Source: a virus
Lineage: Duplodnaviria; Caudoviricetes
Reading direction: 5' to 3' (one strand)
Virus record (IMG/VR): IMGVR_UViG_3300017917_003016
Coordinates: 96,001 to 160,000 of that record
DNA length: 64,000 bases
In this document: positions 35,553 through 45,024 of the stretch, in pieces
How the letters are laid out: the number at the start of each line of letters is the position of its first letter
Position numbering within the stretch: position 1 is the first letter of the stretch
The notes under the pieces: generated by a model
What the model was told of the DNA's origin: nothing
The model's database searches: none
The model's input: the letters and a program-made list of their open reading frames with translations, nothing else
Made by a program: the position numbers and the translations under genes

Positions 35553-36047
35553 TTACCTGCACTGTTCTATTAGATTGGGCACTGCAAACCCTGTACTACC
35601 GTGTTTTTTCAAAAAATTACTCTGTGCGGTATAGGCATGCTGTTCGCTCTTAGCCCAGTGTAGGCAGTCTGGTTCATTTTTAAACAAATTGTTTTTTACC
35701 TGAGCCCAGTGTACTAATTCATGAAATACCACACTGGCAGTGAATAGGTTAATCTGCAGCAATGCTGGACTGATCAGTATCTCACCAGTCTCGTCGTCTG
35801 TGATAGCAGCCACATGACAGTCATGATTGACATCTTTGCAGTAGGCTGCTTCTATGGCCTGCCTGCTGGCTAGATAAACTTTGGGTTGTTCTTTAGGCAA
35901 AGGTAATCTGGTTATTTCAGTTATTTCTGTCATCAAAGGTCTGATCAGATTCTCATACATAATTGGCGGAATTGGAGTCTTAGAAATTTCTTGTGCATGG
36001 CTCCGGGCTGTGACCAGCAGCGCCAGGAGGAATATAATTTTTTTCAT
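35553..36047 (-). CDS. exported HExxH protein (paralog of 32593-33099)
   Basis: Signal peptide; VFHELVHWAQ ... EQHAY.AQ. Confidence 0.65.
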   Translation of the reverse strand: MKKIIFLLALLVTARSHAQEISKTPIPPIMYENLIRPLMTEITEITRLPLPKEQPKVYLASRQAIEAAYCKDVNHDCHVAAITDDETGEILISPALLQINLFTASVVFHELVHWAQVKNNLFKNEPDCLHWAKSEQHAYTAQSNFLKKHGSTGFAVPNLIEQCR

Positions 36048-36078
36048 TTTAATTCCAAGTATCTACATACTTATGCTA

Positions 36079-36155
36079 GCCCCCGTAGCTCAGTGGACCA
36101 GAGCGGTGCGCTTCGAACGCACGGGTCGGGAGTTCGAATCTCTCCGGGGGCTCCA
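36079..36155 (+). tRNA. tRNA-Arg(TCG)
   Basis: Cloverleaf, CCA. Confidence 0.93.
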
Positions 36156-36214
36156 AATAAATAACTGTTGACAGCGGTTTAATGTATTTGATTTGATTTT
36201 TCATAAATAAAATT

Positions 36215-36850
36215 ATGCATACTTGTTTATACTGTCAAAAAAATTTTACTAACCTGGGTGGTTTGGGGGCGCATCACCCTTATTGTAAATCTAACCCAGA
36301 AAGAAAACAGCGTACAAAATCTCCCAATGCACATCGTAAAAAAGGTTCAATACCCTGGAACAAAGGGTTATCTATAGAAACTGATCAAAGAATAAAACCA
36401 AGATTAGAACTACAAGGTAAAAGATTTGGTGCTTCGTTAAACGGTCACAGTGAAGAGACTAAGAAAAAACTATCAGAAATCGCCAAAGAACGTAAATTAG
36501 GTGGATATGTAAAAGGCTCCGGAAGAGGTAAAAAAGGCTGGTACAAAGGATTTTTTTGCGACAGTAGTTGGGAACTTGCCTATGTAATTTATTGTTTAGA
36601 ACACGGTATAGATATTAAAAGAAATACAGAAATCAGAGAATACATATGGAAAGGGCAAGTTAAAAAATATATTCCTGATTTTAATGTACAAGGTGTAATA
36701 ACTGAAATTAAGGGTTACAAGACAGAACAATGGCTAGCAAAATTAAAAGCAAATATTGATGTAAAAGTCTTGTATGAAAAAGATTTAGAGTATATAATAG
36801 AGTATGTTAGTAGCAAATACGGTAAAGATTTTGTAAAGTTGTACGAGTAA
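36215..36850 (+). mobile_element. free-standing homing-endonuclease-like gene (Zn finger, NUMOD3-like motif, PD-(D/E)XK/TnsA-like domain)
   Basis: CLYC...H...C; HSEETKKKLSE; DSSWELAY...YIPDF...EIKGY. Confidence 0.7.
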
Positions 36851-36855
36851 TGTTT

Positions 36856-36946
36856 GGAGGGGCAAACCGATTGGTGACGGTACCTGTCTTGAAAACAGTT
36901 GAGCGTTAATAGCGCCTTGGGGGTTCGACTCCGCCTCCCTCCGCCA
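36856..36946 (+). tRNA. tRNA-Ser(TGA)
   Basis: Long variable arm, CCA. Confidence 0.92.
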
Positions 36947-36961
36947 ATTTTATGAGGCTGT

Positions 36962-37582
36962 ATGATTAAACTGCTAGGAAAACTACCGCGAGAAATTTGG
37001 GTAGCCTGCTCAGGTGGTGTCGATAGTCTTGCTGCTGTAGATTTTCTCAAAAACAATCATCGCGTTAGTGTGGTTTTTGTGCATCATGGCACAGAAGCCA
37101 GCGACCAAGGCATGATCAAAGTCTGCGAATATGCAGACACACACGCACTGCCGGTAGTGGTAAAATACATCGATACCCATCGGCCGCGCCAGCAAAGTCA
37201 GGAAGAATACTGGCGTCGAGAACGCTATGAGTTTTTTGATGAATTGCACAACGAATGGCCGTTGGTCACTGCACATCATCTAGATGACTGTGTGGAAACT
37301 TATGTATGGAGTATGTGTCATGGCCGCGGCAAGGTAATTCCCCATCGTCGTGGTCGCGTGATTAGGCCGTTTCTTCTTAACTCTAAACAGGAATTGATTG
37401 ATTGGGCTGAACTGCATGGCCTGTCCTGGCATGATGATGCCAGCAATCACGATATTAAGTATACACGCAATCTTGTACGACACGAAGTACTTCCACAGGT
37501 TCTACGGGTCAACCCCGGCATCGCACAAGTTGTGCGCAGGATTGTTAAAGATAATTTTGATCTTGACAGGCATCAATACTGA
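36962..37582 (+). CDS. tilS: tRNA(Ile)-lysidine synthetase, catalytic domain only
   Basis: ACSGGVDS, R..RY, TAHHLDD..ET, RPFL, D.SN....YTRN..RH. Confidence 0.9.
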   Translation: MIKLLGKLPREIWVACSGGVDSLAAVDFLKNNHRVSVVFVHHGTEASDQGMIKVCEYADTHALPVVVKYIDTHRPRQQSQEEYWRRERYEFFDELHNEWPLVTAHHLDDCVETYVWSMCHGRGKVIPHRRGRVIRPFLLNSKQELIDWAELHGLSWHDDASNHDIKYTRNLVRHEVLPQVLRVNPGIAQVVRRIVKDNFDLDRHQY

Positions 37583-37591
37583 ATATATACT
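37563..37591 (+). promoter_or_regulatory. sigma70-type promoter overlapping the tilS 3' end
   Basis: TTGACA-17-TATACT. Confidence 0.8.
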
Positions 37592-37607
37592 ATGTAATGA
37601 AAGTTAC

Positions 37608-37684
<77 letters not shown>

Positions 37685-37704
37685 ATATATTACTAGGTTT
37701 AATC

Positions 37705-37914
37705 ATGATAGAAAAAGAGTTGATTGATCTAATGCTAAGTATTAAGCATGAATTAATTGCTATCAGAACTGATCTAACATTGATTAATCATGATGTAATT
37801 AAAATTAACGAACGTATAGATACGTTGACAACTTTGGCTATGCAACCTCAAGAAAGTATTGGAATCGCTCCAAACACACCGCATCCAAGTTATCTTCCTC
37901 CAGAGGTAATGTAG
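37705..37914 (+). CDS. hypothetical coiled-coil protein
   Basis: ATG 37705, downstream of the tRNA. Confidence 0.6.
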   Translation: MIEKELIDLMLSIKHELIAIRTDLTLINHDVIKINERIDTLTTLAMQPQESIGIAPNTPHPSYLPPEVM

Positions 37915-37947
37915 TCAAAACTTAAATTATTTTATAAGGAAACTAAA

Positions 37948-38277
37948 ATGTTAACAATGCTTTCTGTAGTAGTGGTACTGCTGGTAGCAGGGTATATTAT
38001 TAATACACGACTGCAAAAGTCGCAGACTAAGACCAGCCAACCTACTCCCACTGAACCCGTCAAAGTTACTGTCAGTGAAGAAGTTGTCACAGGGTTGACT
38101 GATCAAAAGATTGATGAAGTTGCTGCGGTAGTCGAGGGTGTTGAAGCAGTAGTGCCAGAAACTAAGGTAGAGGTTGTAGTCGAAACTACTGCCAAGAAGC
38201 CTGCAGCACGTAAGTCTTCAGCACGTAAGCCCGCTGCTAAGAAGGCACCTGCTAAGAAGCCTGCTGCTAAGAAGTAA
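37948..38277 (+). CDS. membrane-anchored protein with Lys/Ala/Pro histone-like tail
   Basis: N-terminal TM helix; C-terminal KKPAARK repeats; AAGGA RBS. Confidence 0.7.
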   Translation: MLTMLSVVVVLLVAGYIINTRLQKSQTKTSQPTPTEPVKVTVSEEVVTGLTDQKIDEVAAVVEGVEAVVPETKVEVVVETTAKKPAARKSSARKPAAKKAPAKKPAAKK

Positions 38278-38286
38278 AGTTTAATT

Positions 38287-38374
38287 GCCCGGGTGGTGAA
38301 ATAGGTAGACACAACGGACTTAAAATCCGTCGCCCTAAACAGGCGTACCGGTTCGATTCCGGTCCCGGGCACCA
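38287..38374 (+). tRNA. tRNA-Leu(TAA)
   Basis: Long variable arm, CCA. Confidence 0.95.
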
Positions 38375-38382
38375 ACAATACT

Positions 38383-38586
38383 ATGGACGTTAATCAACTT
38401 ATTAATCGTGTAAAAAATCTCCAGTACTGGGAAGTGACAATACCAGTACCACCGTTGGTAAAGTTTTCTGGGCGTGTGCCTTTTACTGTAAAAATAGTTG
38501 ATGACCGTGCTGTATGTAAGGTTTTAGCAGTTGACATAGTTGAAGCAGAACGCAGGGTTTTAGAATACTTTAATTCACAAGTTTAA
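38383..38586 (+). CDS. hypothetical protein
   Basis: ORF track. Confidence 0.6.
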   Translation: MDVNQLINRVKNLQYWEVTIPVPPLVKFSGRVPFTVKIVDDRAVCKVLAVDIVEAERRVLEYFNSQV

Positions 38587-38587
38587 A

Positions 38588-38662
38588 CTGCTCGTAGCCT
38601 AATGGAAAGGCAACACTCTTCTAAAGTGTCTTATGGGGGTTCGAGTCCCTCCGGGCAGGCCA
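38588..38662 (+). tRNA. tRNA-Arg(TCT)
   Basis: Cloverleaf, CCA. Confidence 0.9.
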
Positions 38663-38668
38663 AGTTAA

Positions 38669-38759
38669 GGAGAGTTGGCCGAGCGGTCGATGGCACCGGT
38701 CTACTAAACCGGCATACAGTTAACCTGTATCCAGGGTTCGAATCCCTGACTCTCCGCCA
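38669..38759 (+). tRNA. tRNA-Ser body with anticodon ACT
   Basis: GGAGAGT/ACTCTCC acceptor identical to Ser(GCT), G73, long variable arm; loop CT-ACT-AA between CCGGT/ACCGG. Confidence 0.88.
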
Positions 38760-38832
38760 TTTTATAAATAATTTAGTAAGACACCTATCTGTAACAATTC
38801 TTTAGACATGGTGTTAACAGGGGATCCAAACC

Positions 38833-40851
38833 ATGAAAAAACATCTAAAGAAAATTTTGCTAACTCCTTGGACTGCACTGGTTACTCTAGCAGTGATTGT
38901 GGCCACAGTCTATCAAGGACCTGTGTTTGTTGAATCAGTTAAGTTACGATATTTTGACCAACTGATAACCAGTCAAACGCCGGTAGACAACCACATCTAT
39001 ACCGTAAACATAGATGAAGACACACTGAACAAGTACGGACAGTGGCCTTTCCGTCGCGATGTATATGCTCGTATCATCCAAGACCTTTATGCACACAATG
39101 CTGGTCTTGTGGTTTGGAACATCATGATGCCCGAGAGAGATCGACTGGGTGGCGACGATGCTCTTGCACAGACTCTGCAGAAGTATCCTGTAATCCTGAG
39201 CAATACTGTAGCAGAAAAAACTAAAAACACACCCAAGCGTCCAGGTAGTGCTGTTATTGGCTCTGAAAATCTAGATACCATTTATAACTATCCGGGCATT
39301 ATTGCTAATATTTCAGAATTAGAAAAACCTGCAGCGGGTGTAGGACTGGCCAACACTCTGCCGGAAATTGATGGTGTTAATCGTAGACTGCCGTTGTTTG
39401 CTGCCTATGATGGCAATGTTTATCCCAGCATACCTTTGGAAGTACTCAGAGTCGTAGCACAGGATTCAACATTTCAAGTTAAACTCAATGCCAACGGCGT
39501 TGAGAAAATGCGGGTACCAAGTTTTCGTCCCATAGCCACAGACAGTCTAGGTCAAATTTGGATCGACTGGAGTCAGAAGTCTTCTGCAGTGTCTGCAGTT
39601 AATTTGCCCACGGATTTTAATGGTGCTGTTGTAATTGTAGGTACCACTGCTGCCGGTCTAGGTAATCCAGTACCAACTAGCCTGGGCAGCATTTGGCCGC
39701 AGGAAATGCAGGCCGCAGTCATAGGTACGCTAGCCAACAATGTCAACATTGAACGTCCAGATTGGGCGCCTGCTGCAGAATTGTTGACCTTGATTGCTGT
39801 GAGTTTGGTTTTACTAACAGCCAGCAGATGGACCTATGCAGGCCTAGTCAGTGGAGTGGTTCTGTTGGTCAGCATAATTCCCATCAGTATGTATCTCTTT
39901 AACGAATACAAATTCCTAGTCGACGGTATAGTTCCAACTATAGGTGGCGGTATTGTCATGCTGCATGCCTATGGGGTCAAATTCATACAAGAATTCCTAC
40001 AAAAGCAGCAGATCAAACGTCAGTTTGGCACTTATCTGTCGCCTGACCTAGTAGCACAACTACAACGCAATCCAGACCTACTGCGTCTGGGGGGCACCAA
40101 GCAAGATCTGACCATCATGTTTACAGACGTCAGAGGATTTACCACAATCAGTGAACACTATGGTGAGGACGTTGAAGGATTAACCAGCATCATGAATCGT
40201 TACATGACTGCTATGACTCGTAAAATTTTGGAAAATCGTGGAACACTCGACAAGTATATCGGTGATGCTCAAATGGCCTTTTGGAATGCGCCAATTCAAG
40301 ATCCTGAACATGCTGTCCACGCAGTGCGTACAGGCCTAGAAATGATGGAGAGTTTAGATGCGTTTAATAAAGAAATTGCTCTGGAGGGAGTTCCCGCCTT
40401 CGGGATGGGGCTTGGCATTAATACTGGTCCTGTTGTTGTTGGTAATATGGGGAGTGAACAGCGTTTCGACTACACCTGCCTCGGTGACGCCGTTAATTTG
40501 GCGAGTCGCCTAGAGGGTCAATCAAAGCCCTACGGAGTCAAGATGATTCTAGGAGCCAAGACTGCTGATTTGGTCAAGGATCATTTTGACCTAGTAGAGT
40601 TGGATAGGATTGCAGTCAAAGGCAAAACAGTGGGTGTTAAAATCTACACCATTGGCAAGACTATCAAATACAAGCACGATGAATTTCTAAAATCTTATTA
40701 TAGGGGTGATTGGGACCGTGCTAAAAAGTTTTGCCGAGAACTAGTCAATGACAAGACCAATGTCACTGACTACTATGAGAAGATGCTGGAACGACTCAAT
40801 GAAGGTATCCCAGATAACTGGGATGGTACCTACCGAGCAACCAGCAAGTAA
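38833..40851 (+). CDS. CHASE2-domain class III adenylate cyclase (membrane sensor)
   Basis: CHASE2 (VNIDE..L..YGQWPF.R); 3 TM helices; MFTDVRGFT, DKYIGDA, DYT.LGDAVNLASRLEG (ATP-type K/D). Confidence 0.93.
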   Translation: MKKHLKKILLTPWTALVTLAVIVATVYQGPVFVESVKLRYFDQLITSQTPVDNHIYTVNIDEDTLNKYGQWPFRRDVYARIIQDLYAHNAGLVVWNIMMPERDRLGGDDALAQTLQKYPVILSNTVAEKTKNTPKRPGSAVIGSENLDTIYNYPGIIANISELEKPAAGVGLANTLPEIDGVNRRLPLFAAYDGNVYPSIPLEVLRVVAQDSTFQVKLNANGVEKMRVPSFRPIATDSLGQIWIDWSQKSSAVSAVNLPTDFNGAVVIVGTTAAGLGNPVPTSLGSIWPQEMQAAVIGTLANNVNIERPDWAPAAELLTLIAVSLVLLTASRWTYAGLVSGVVLLVSIIPISMYLFNEYKFLVDGIVPTIGGGIVMLHAYGVKFIQEFLQKQQIKRQFGTYLSPDLVAQLQRNPDLLRLGGTKQDLTIMFTDVRGFTTISEHYGEDVEGLTSIMNRYMTAMTRKILENRGTLDKYIGDAQMAFWNAPIQDPEHAVHAVRTGLEMMESLDAFNKEIALEGVPAFGMGLGINTGPVVVGNMGSEQRFDYTCLGDAVNLASRLEGQSKPYGVKMILGAKTADLVKDHFDLVELDRIAVKGKTVGVKIYTIGKTIKYKHDEFLKSYYRGDWDRAKKFCRELVNDKTNVTDYYEKMLERLNEGIPDNWDGTYRATSK

Positions 40852-40863
40852 AAGGAGACTTGG

Positions 40864-41631
40864 ATGAAAAAATTACTATGCGTGGCTCTTGCCACCTTTG
40901 TAAGTTTCACCGTACAGGCAAAAGCAATTACTGCCAAAAGTTTTTTAGTAGCCGACAATCACGGCGAAATACTTGCAGAAAAAAACCCAGAAAGAACACA
41001 ACCCATTGCCAGTATTACTAAACTAATGACGGTAATGGTTGTGTTAAATGCCAGACAAGATTTGTCTGATGATCTAAATCTTGAATGGAAATTGAGAGGT
41101 AGATATCACACTAGACTACCTAGATATCTGAAAACTCTAACCCGAGGCGAACTTGTACAATTGGCCATTGTAAAGAGTGATAACTTTGCTGCATATACTC
41201 TTTGTCAAAATTATCCTGGGGGTGTAGAAAATTGTGTGTTGGCTATGAATCGAGAAGCCGCAAGAATAGGCATGCGCGATACCTATTTTACTGATCCAAC
41301 TGGATTGGACCGGGGCAATGTCAGCAATGCTCGAGATTTGGTTAAATTAGTATTAGCCGCGCATCAATACTCAGAAATCACTGCTGCTAGTTCTCAGGCT
41401 AAAGTCAGTATAACTGCACGCCGCGGCCATGCCGAATTTGGCAATACCAATCCTATGGTTAGAATGGGCGAGGATGTAATAGTCAGCAAAACGGGTTATA
41501 TTAACAGCAGCGGCGGCTGTATTGTTATGATGTTAAACACTCGCGAGGGGCCGCGTGTTGTAGTGGTCCTGGGCAGTCGTAATACTCGTACACGAATACC
41601 TGAGGCTAAACTGATTATGGCTAGGCTCTGA
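40864..41631 (+). CDS. peptidase S11 D-Ala-D-Ala peptidase (PBP7/PbpG-like)
   Basis: Signal peptide; SITK (SxxK), SDN (SxN), KTG. Confidence 0.92.
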   Translation: MKKLLCVALATFVSFTVQAKAITAKSFLVADNHGEILAEKNPERTQPIASITKLMTVMVVLNARQDLSDDLNLEWKLRGRYHTRLPRYLKTLTRGELVQLAIVKSDNFAAYTLCQNYPGGVENCVLAMNREAARIGMRDTYFTDPTGLDRGNVSNARDLVKLVLAAHQYSEITAASSQAKVSITARRGHAEFGNTNPMVRMGEDVIVSKTGYINSSGGCIVMMLNTREGPRVVVVLGSRNTRTRIPEAKLIMARL

Positions 41632-42322
41632 TTTTAGCCAATTTGAAGTATTCAAATAACTTAATCCAGACCCATCCAATGTCAAACTCATACCATTTTA
41701 GGCTTAGTTTGGCATTGGCTCCATTGCCATGATGATTGTTGTGTAATTCTTCGCCGCCAATCCAAATCCCCCATGGCAGCAAATTGCGGCTGGTGTCTGC
41801 AACATCATAGTTGCGATATCCCCACCAGTGTGCTAGGCCATTAATAACACCTGCTGCCCAAAAAGGTATCCATAGCAGTTGAACTAGCCACACTAAAATT
41901 CCCCACCAATCAAACAGCAGAACGTTAAAAAACAGCAGAATGGTAAACCCAAGGGTACTATATTTAGAGTAGACGTTACGTTCAACCCAATCATTGGGTG
42001 TACCTACTCCCAATTCCAGTACTTTGGGATCACGAGCAGCCCGTTTGTATAACCATACCCCCTTGAACAAGACTGTCCAAATTCCGTAAATTTTAGGACT
42101 GTGCGGATCTAATTCAGTGTCACTGGCCTGATGATGTTTGCGATGCACTGCCACCCACTCTCGAGTAACCATGCCAGTGGTTAGCCATAACCAGAAACGC
42201 ATAAAGTGTGATATCGCAGGATGAAATGTTACCGAACGATGTGCTTGACTACGGTGTAGATAAAGTGTGACGCACATAATAGTAATGTGCGTCAACACCA
42301 AAGTATAGATGACAGGAGACAT
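41621..42322 (-). CDS. membrane fatty-acid (delta-9-type) desaturase
   Basis: His boxes HRSQAH, HRKHH, HNNHH. Confidence 0.93.
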   Translation of the reverse strand: MSPVIYTLVLTHITIMCVTLYLHRSQAHRSVTFHPAISHFMRFWLWLTTGMVTREWVAVHRKHHQASDTELDPHSPKIYGIWTVLFKGVWLYKRAARDPKVLELGVGTPNDWVERNVYSKYSTLGFTILLFFNVLLFDWWGILVWLVQLLWIPFWAAGVINGLAHWWGYRNYDVADTSRNLLPWGIWIGGEELHNNHHGNGANAKLSLKWYEFDIGWVWIKLFEYFKLAKIRA

Positions 42323-42329
42323 CTAGTAT

Positions 42330-42671
42330 TTAACCTTCTCCTGCCGCTGCTGTATTATCGTCTTCTGTTCGTTTCTTTTCCGCGTCGAAGTGCGGACGAT
42401 TTATTATTTTTTCTGCTTCGACACGTTCATACTCAATGGTTTTACCGCGTAGGTGTAGCACTGTATTGACCTTTTGATTAAGTCTAATTAGGTCGTTGTC
42501 CAGCATACGAATGCGGTCAATCAGTGCAATCAACACTGTATTGGCCTCGCTCAGCACGGGTTTGGCTTCTTTTGTAGCCCATAACCACACATAGTACACC
42601 AAATAACCCGCACCAACTGCTGCTACTATAGGAAAACCATATTTTGAAATTAAACCAGCGATGTCTTCCAT
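42330..42671 (-). CDS. small membrane protein (paralog of 43488-43769)
   Basis: GFPI.AA...GY...; L..RI..(L/M)..D..R. Confidence 0.65.
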   Translation of the reverse strand: MEDIAGLISKYGFPIVAAVGAGYLVYYVWLWATKEAKPVLSEANTVLIALIDRIRMLDNDLIRLNQKVNTVLHLRGKTIEYERVEAEKIINRPHFDAEKKRTEDDNTAAAGEG

Positions 42672-42681
42672 TTTTTAATCC

Positions 42682-43257
42682 TTAGAAAAATAAGAATAAA
42701 CCCTGCAGCATTAAAACCAGACCAGCGCCAGCCACAACAAAACTTCCCCAAAACAATGCCATGCTTATTGATAAAATACTAGCACTTAATAATACAATGC
42801 TCAATTGATAAGCAGTGCTGGCATATCCTACCCATGGAAGTTGTTCTTTGTGATGATCACGTTCTGCTTCTAATGCTTTGGCTCGAACAAATAGTTCTTT
42901 CTTTCCTTCTCCAGAGGATACATCGCTTTCATAACTTTCAGCCTTGTTTTGATATTTGGCTGCTGCTATAAAATTACCTCGATCCTGTGCTTGCTGTGCG
43001 GCTAACTCATACTGAGTTTGTTTAATTGATTTGGCTTGATAGAAAGCCCATAAGTCATTGGCCTGTATGGTATTGTTCATTACCTTACTGTTAAGACTGC
43101 CCTGCAGCCACATGTTAAAAGCCAACAGTGCAGCAAACACATTGATGACCATCCCTGCGCGAGTTTTGATGAATCTTTCTCTCGCAGTAACTTCGATGGG
43201 CATTTCTTTTTCCTTATGCCGAGTAACCATTTTTAAAACGGTGTCTGTAAATGCCAT
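42682..43257 (-). CDS. membrane protein, DUF4337-like
   Basis: AN..WAFYQAKSIK motif; 3 TM helices. Confidence 0.65.
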   Translation of the reverse strand: MAFTDTVLKMVTRHKEKEMPIEVTARERFIKTRAGMVINVFAALLAFNMWLQGSLNSKVMNNTIQANDLWAFYQAKSIKQTQYELAAQQAQDRGNFIAAAKYQNKAESYESDVSSGEGKKELFVRAKALEAERDHHKEQLPWVGYASTAYQLSIVLLSASILSISMALFWGSFVVAGAGLVLMLQGLFLFF

Positions 43258-43278
43258 TTTTCTAGCTCCTAGTGTCGT

Positions 43279-43488
43279 TTAATAAACAGGAATAGGTGGT
43301 ATAGATTCTTCTGTAGTTGTTTTAGAAATCTCACCTTGTTTGATTTTATATAATACTATCCTGTTATTGAATAGTTTTACTTCAAAATGATCTCCGTCAC
43401 TCCAGTTTAATTTTTCTAGAGTAAGTTCTCGATCTAAAATCATGTTACCATTTGGACCAACTTCAAAGTAGTAATCGACGAATAACAT
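43279..43488 (-). CDS. hypothetical protein (AbrB-like beta-barrel possible)
   Basis: L...L.W..GD.F.V pattern; weak. Confidence 0.5.
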   Translation of the reverse strand: MLFVDYYFEVGPNGNMILDRELTLEKLNWSDGDHFEVKLFNNRIVLYKIKQGEISKTTTEESIPPIPVY

Positions 43489-43769
43489 TAGTCTCTCCTT
43501 GCGTCATTTTTACCGTCAGCACGGGCTATACGGTCAACATCAGGGCGCAGACCTAATGCATTTGAAACTATGGTATCTATACGTACTACATCATGGTTCA
43601 TGGTCTTAACACGATTATCTAGGGCCACAATGATACCAGCCATGCCTTTGATACTACCAAGCACGCCTGCTAGGATAAATTTTAGTGTTAGGAAAACGAA
43701 ATAACCACCCGCCGTTGCGGCGGCAATCGGAAAACCCACCTCGCCGATGAGTTTAAATATATCACCCAT
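43488..43769 (-). CDS. small membrane protein (paralog of 42330-42671)
   Basis: VGFPIAAA...GY; LDNRVKTMNHDVVRID; GGAG RBS. Confidence 0.65.
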   Translation of the reverse strand: MGDIFKLIGEVGFPIAAATAGGYFVFLTLKFILAGVLGSIKGMAGIIVALDNRVKTMNHDVVRIDTIVSNALGLRPDVDRIARADGKNDARRD

Positions 43770-43859
43770 TTGTCTGCTCCTTGAAACTCTTTTATGCCAC
43801 TTTGAATTATTATTATCGGCAAGTTTTTATTGTAAAAATATTTATAGGAGTTGAATAAT

Positions 43860-45023
43860 TTAATGTGTTAGCACTTTATAAATTGCCTTATAGTCAATAT
43901 GGCTATCGTCATATCCTAATTCTTTGAACAGTGTTTGACAATTTTCTAACAGTTCTTTGGTGATGACGTGTTTAAAGTCACTGTAAAAGTGATTGAAGTT
44001 ATGCTCAACGATGGGAGCAATTTCTCTAGCGATTTCTAATTTTTCTCCAGCAGACAAATTGCAGTATCGATGCAGTTCTTGAACCACAAATTCAATTCTT
44101 TGATCATTGTCTTTGATATCATCATATGATTCATCGATGAATGGCGAGAAACTTTTGAAACCGTAGTGTTTTAGATAGGCTAGATTGCCTGGTGCAGCCA
44201 AAAGAATAAAAGGTTGTTTGCTGACAATAGGTTTAAATGTTTTTTCTGTTAAGTGCAGTTTATCATAGTAGAAAACCGTTTCGGTTACCACATGCCAAAA
44301 TGCACTGTAGTCTTTGACATTATTGTTTTCGTCGTGTATGTCTAGAGTTCTGGGAATATCAGCACTGGCACTACCGTGTACATAAGGTCGATCGATTACC
44401 AATTTGTCAAGTTTGGCCATGTGCGTTTGTATATGTTGTATGGCATTGTAACTAAGTTTAGTTTGAGGATCTGTCACCTCAACACGCCAATCTGATTCAT
44501 CGTTATCGGTAACTCCAAAACTGACCAGCCCTTGATTGAGTAACTGATGTTCTTTTAGAAGAGACACAAAATAAATCCTAAAACTTCGATCCCCATATAT
44601 AAGTCTATTATAGGTGATAAAGTCTTTTTTAGGTTGTTCCGTCATTGGTTTATTATAATTCAAAGTATGATAACCACGGAACCAATCTAGAGCCGCAAAG
44701 CCATGAAAAAAGTAGTAAAGCGAACTGAGTTTATACTTTGTGCAGATGTCAGTTACTAATCGAGATTTTTCACTGGACACAAAAACACCGGGTACTGGAA
44801 TATTTTCAAGATGATCTAAGTAAGGTTTTGTTGTTGAAAGTAATACCGGTTCTTGGTCATAAAAAAAGATTTTTCTCTCAGCGTGGGGAGTTTGCGTAAA
44901 TACCATTATGTCAGATCTTGACGCATTTACTATGATTGGTACTCCTCTATCTAGATACCAAAATAAAAAATCTTTAAAAATTTTATCGTAGAAAAATTCG
45001 TAAACGTGATCAACTTGGAGCAT
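43860..45023 (-). CDS. glycosyltransferase-like phage family protein (paralog 3 of 3)
   Basis: HVVTETVFY...LTEKTFKPI...GFKSFSPFIDESYD. Confidence 0.7.
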   Translation of the reverse strand: MLQVDHVYEFFYDKIFKDFLFWYLDRGVPIIVNASRSDIMVFTQTPHAERKIFFYDQEPVLLSTTKPYLDHLENIPVPGVFVSSEKSRLVTDICTKYKLSSLYYFFHGFAALDWFRGYHTLNYNKPMTEQPKKDFITYNRLIYGDRSFRIYFVSLLKEHQLLNQGLVSFGVTDNDESDWRVEVTDPQTKLSYNAIQHIQTHMAKLDKLVIDRPYVHGSASADIPRTLDIHDENNNVKDYSAFWHVVTETVFYYDKLHLTEKTFKPIVSKQPFILLAAPGNLAYLKHYGFKSFSPFIDESYDDIKDNDQRIEFVVQELHRYCNLSAGEKLEIAREIAPIVEHNFNHFYSDFKHVITKELLENCQTLFKELGYDDSHIDYKAIYKVLTH

Positions 45024-45024
45024 T

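Noticed and set aside
38701-38707. Reading the loop CTACTAA as an amber (CTA) suppressor
   Set aside because: With the 5-bp CCGGT/ACCGG stem the centred triplet is ACT, and genes in the window end normally at TAG, TGA and TAA with no sign of recoding.
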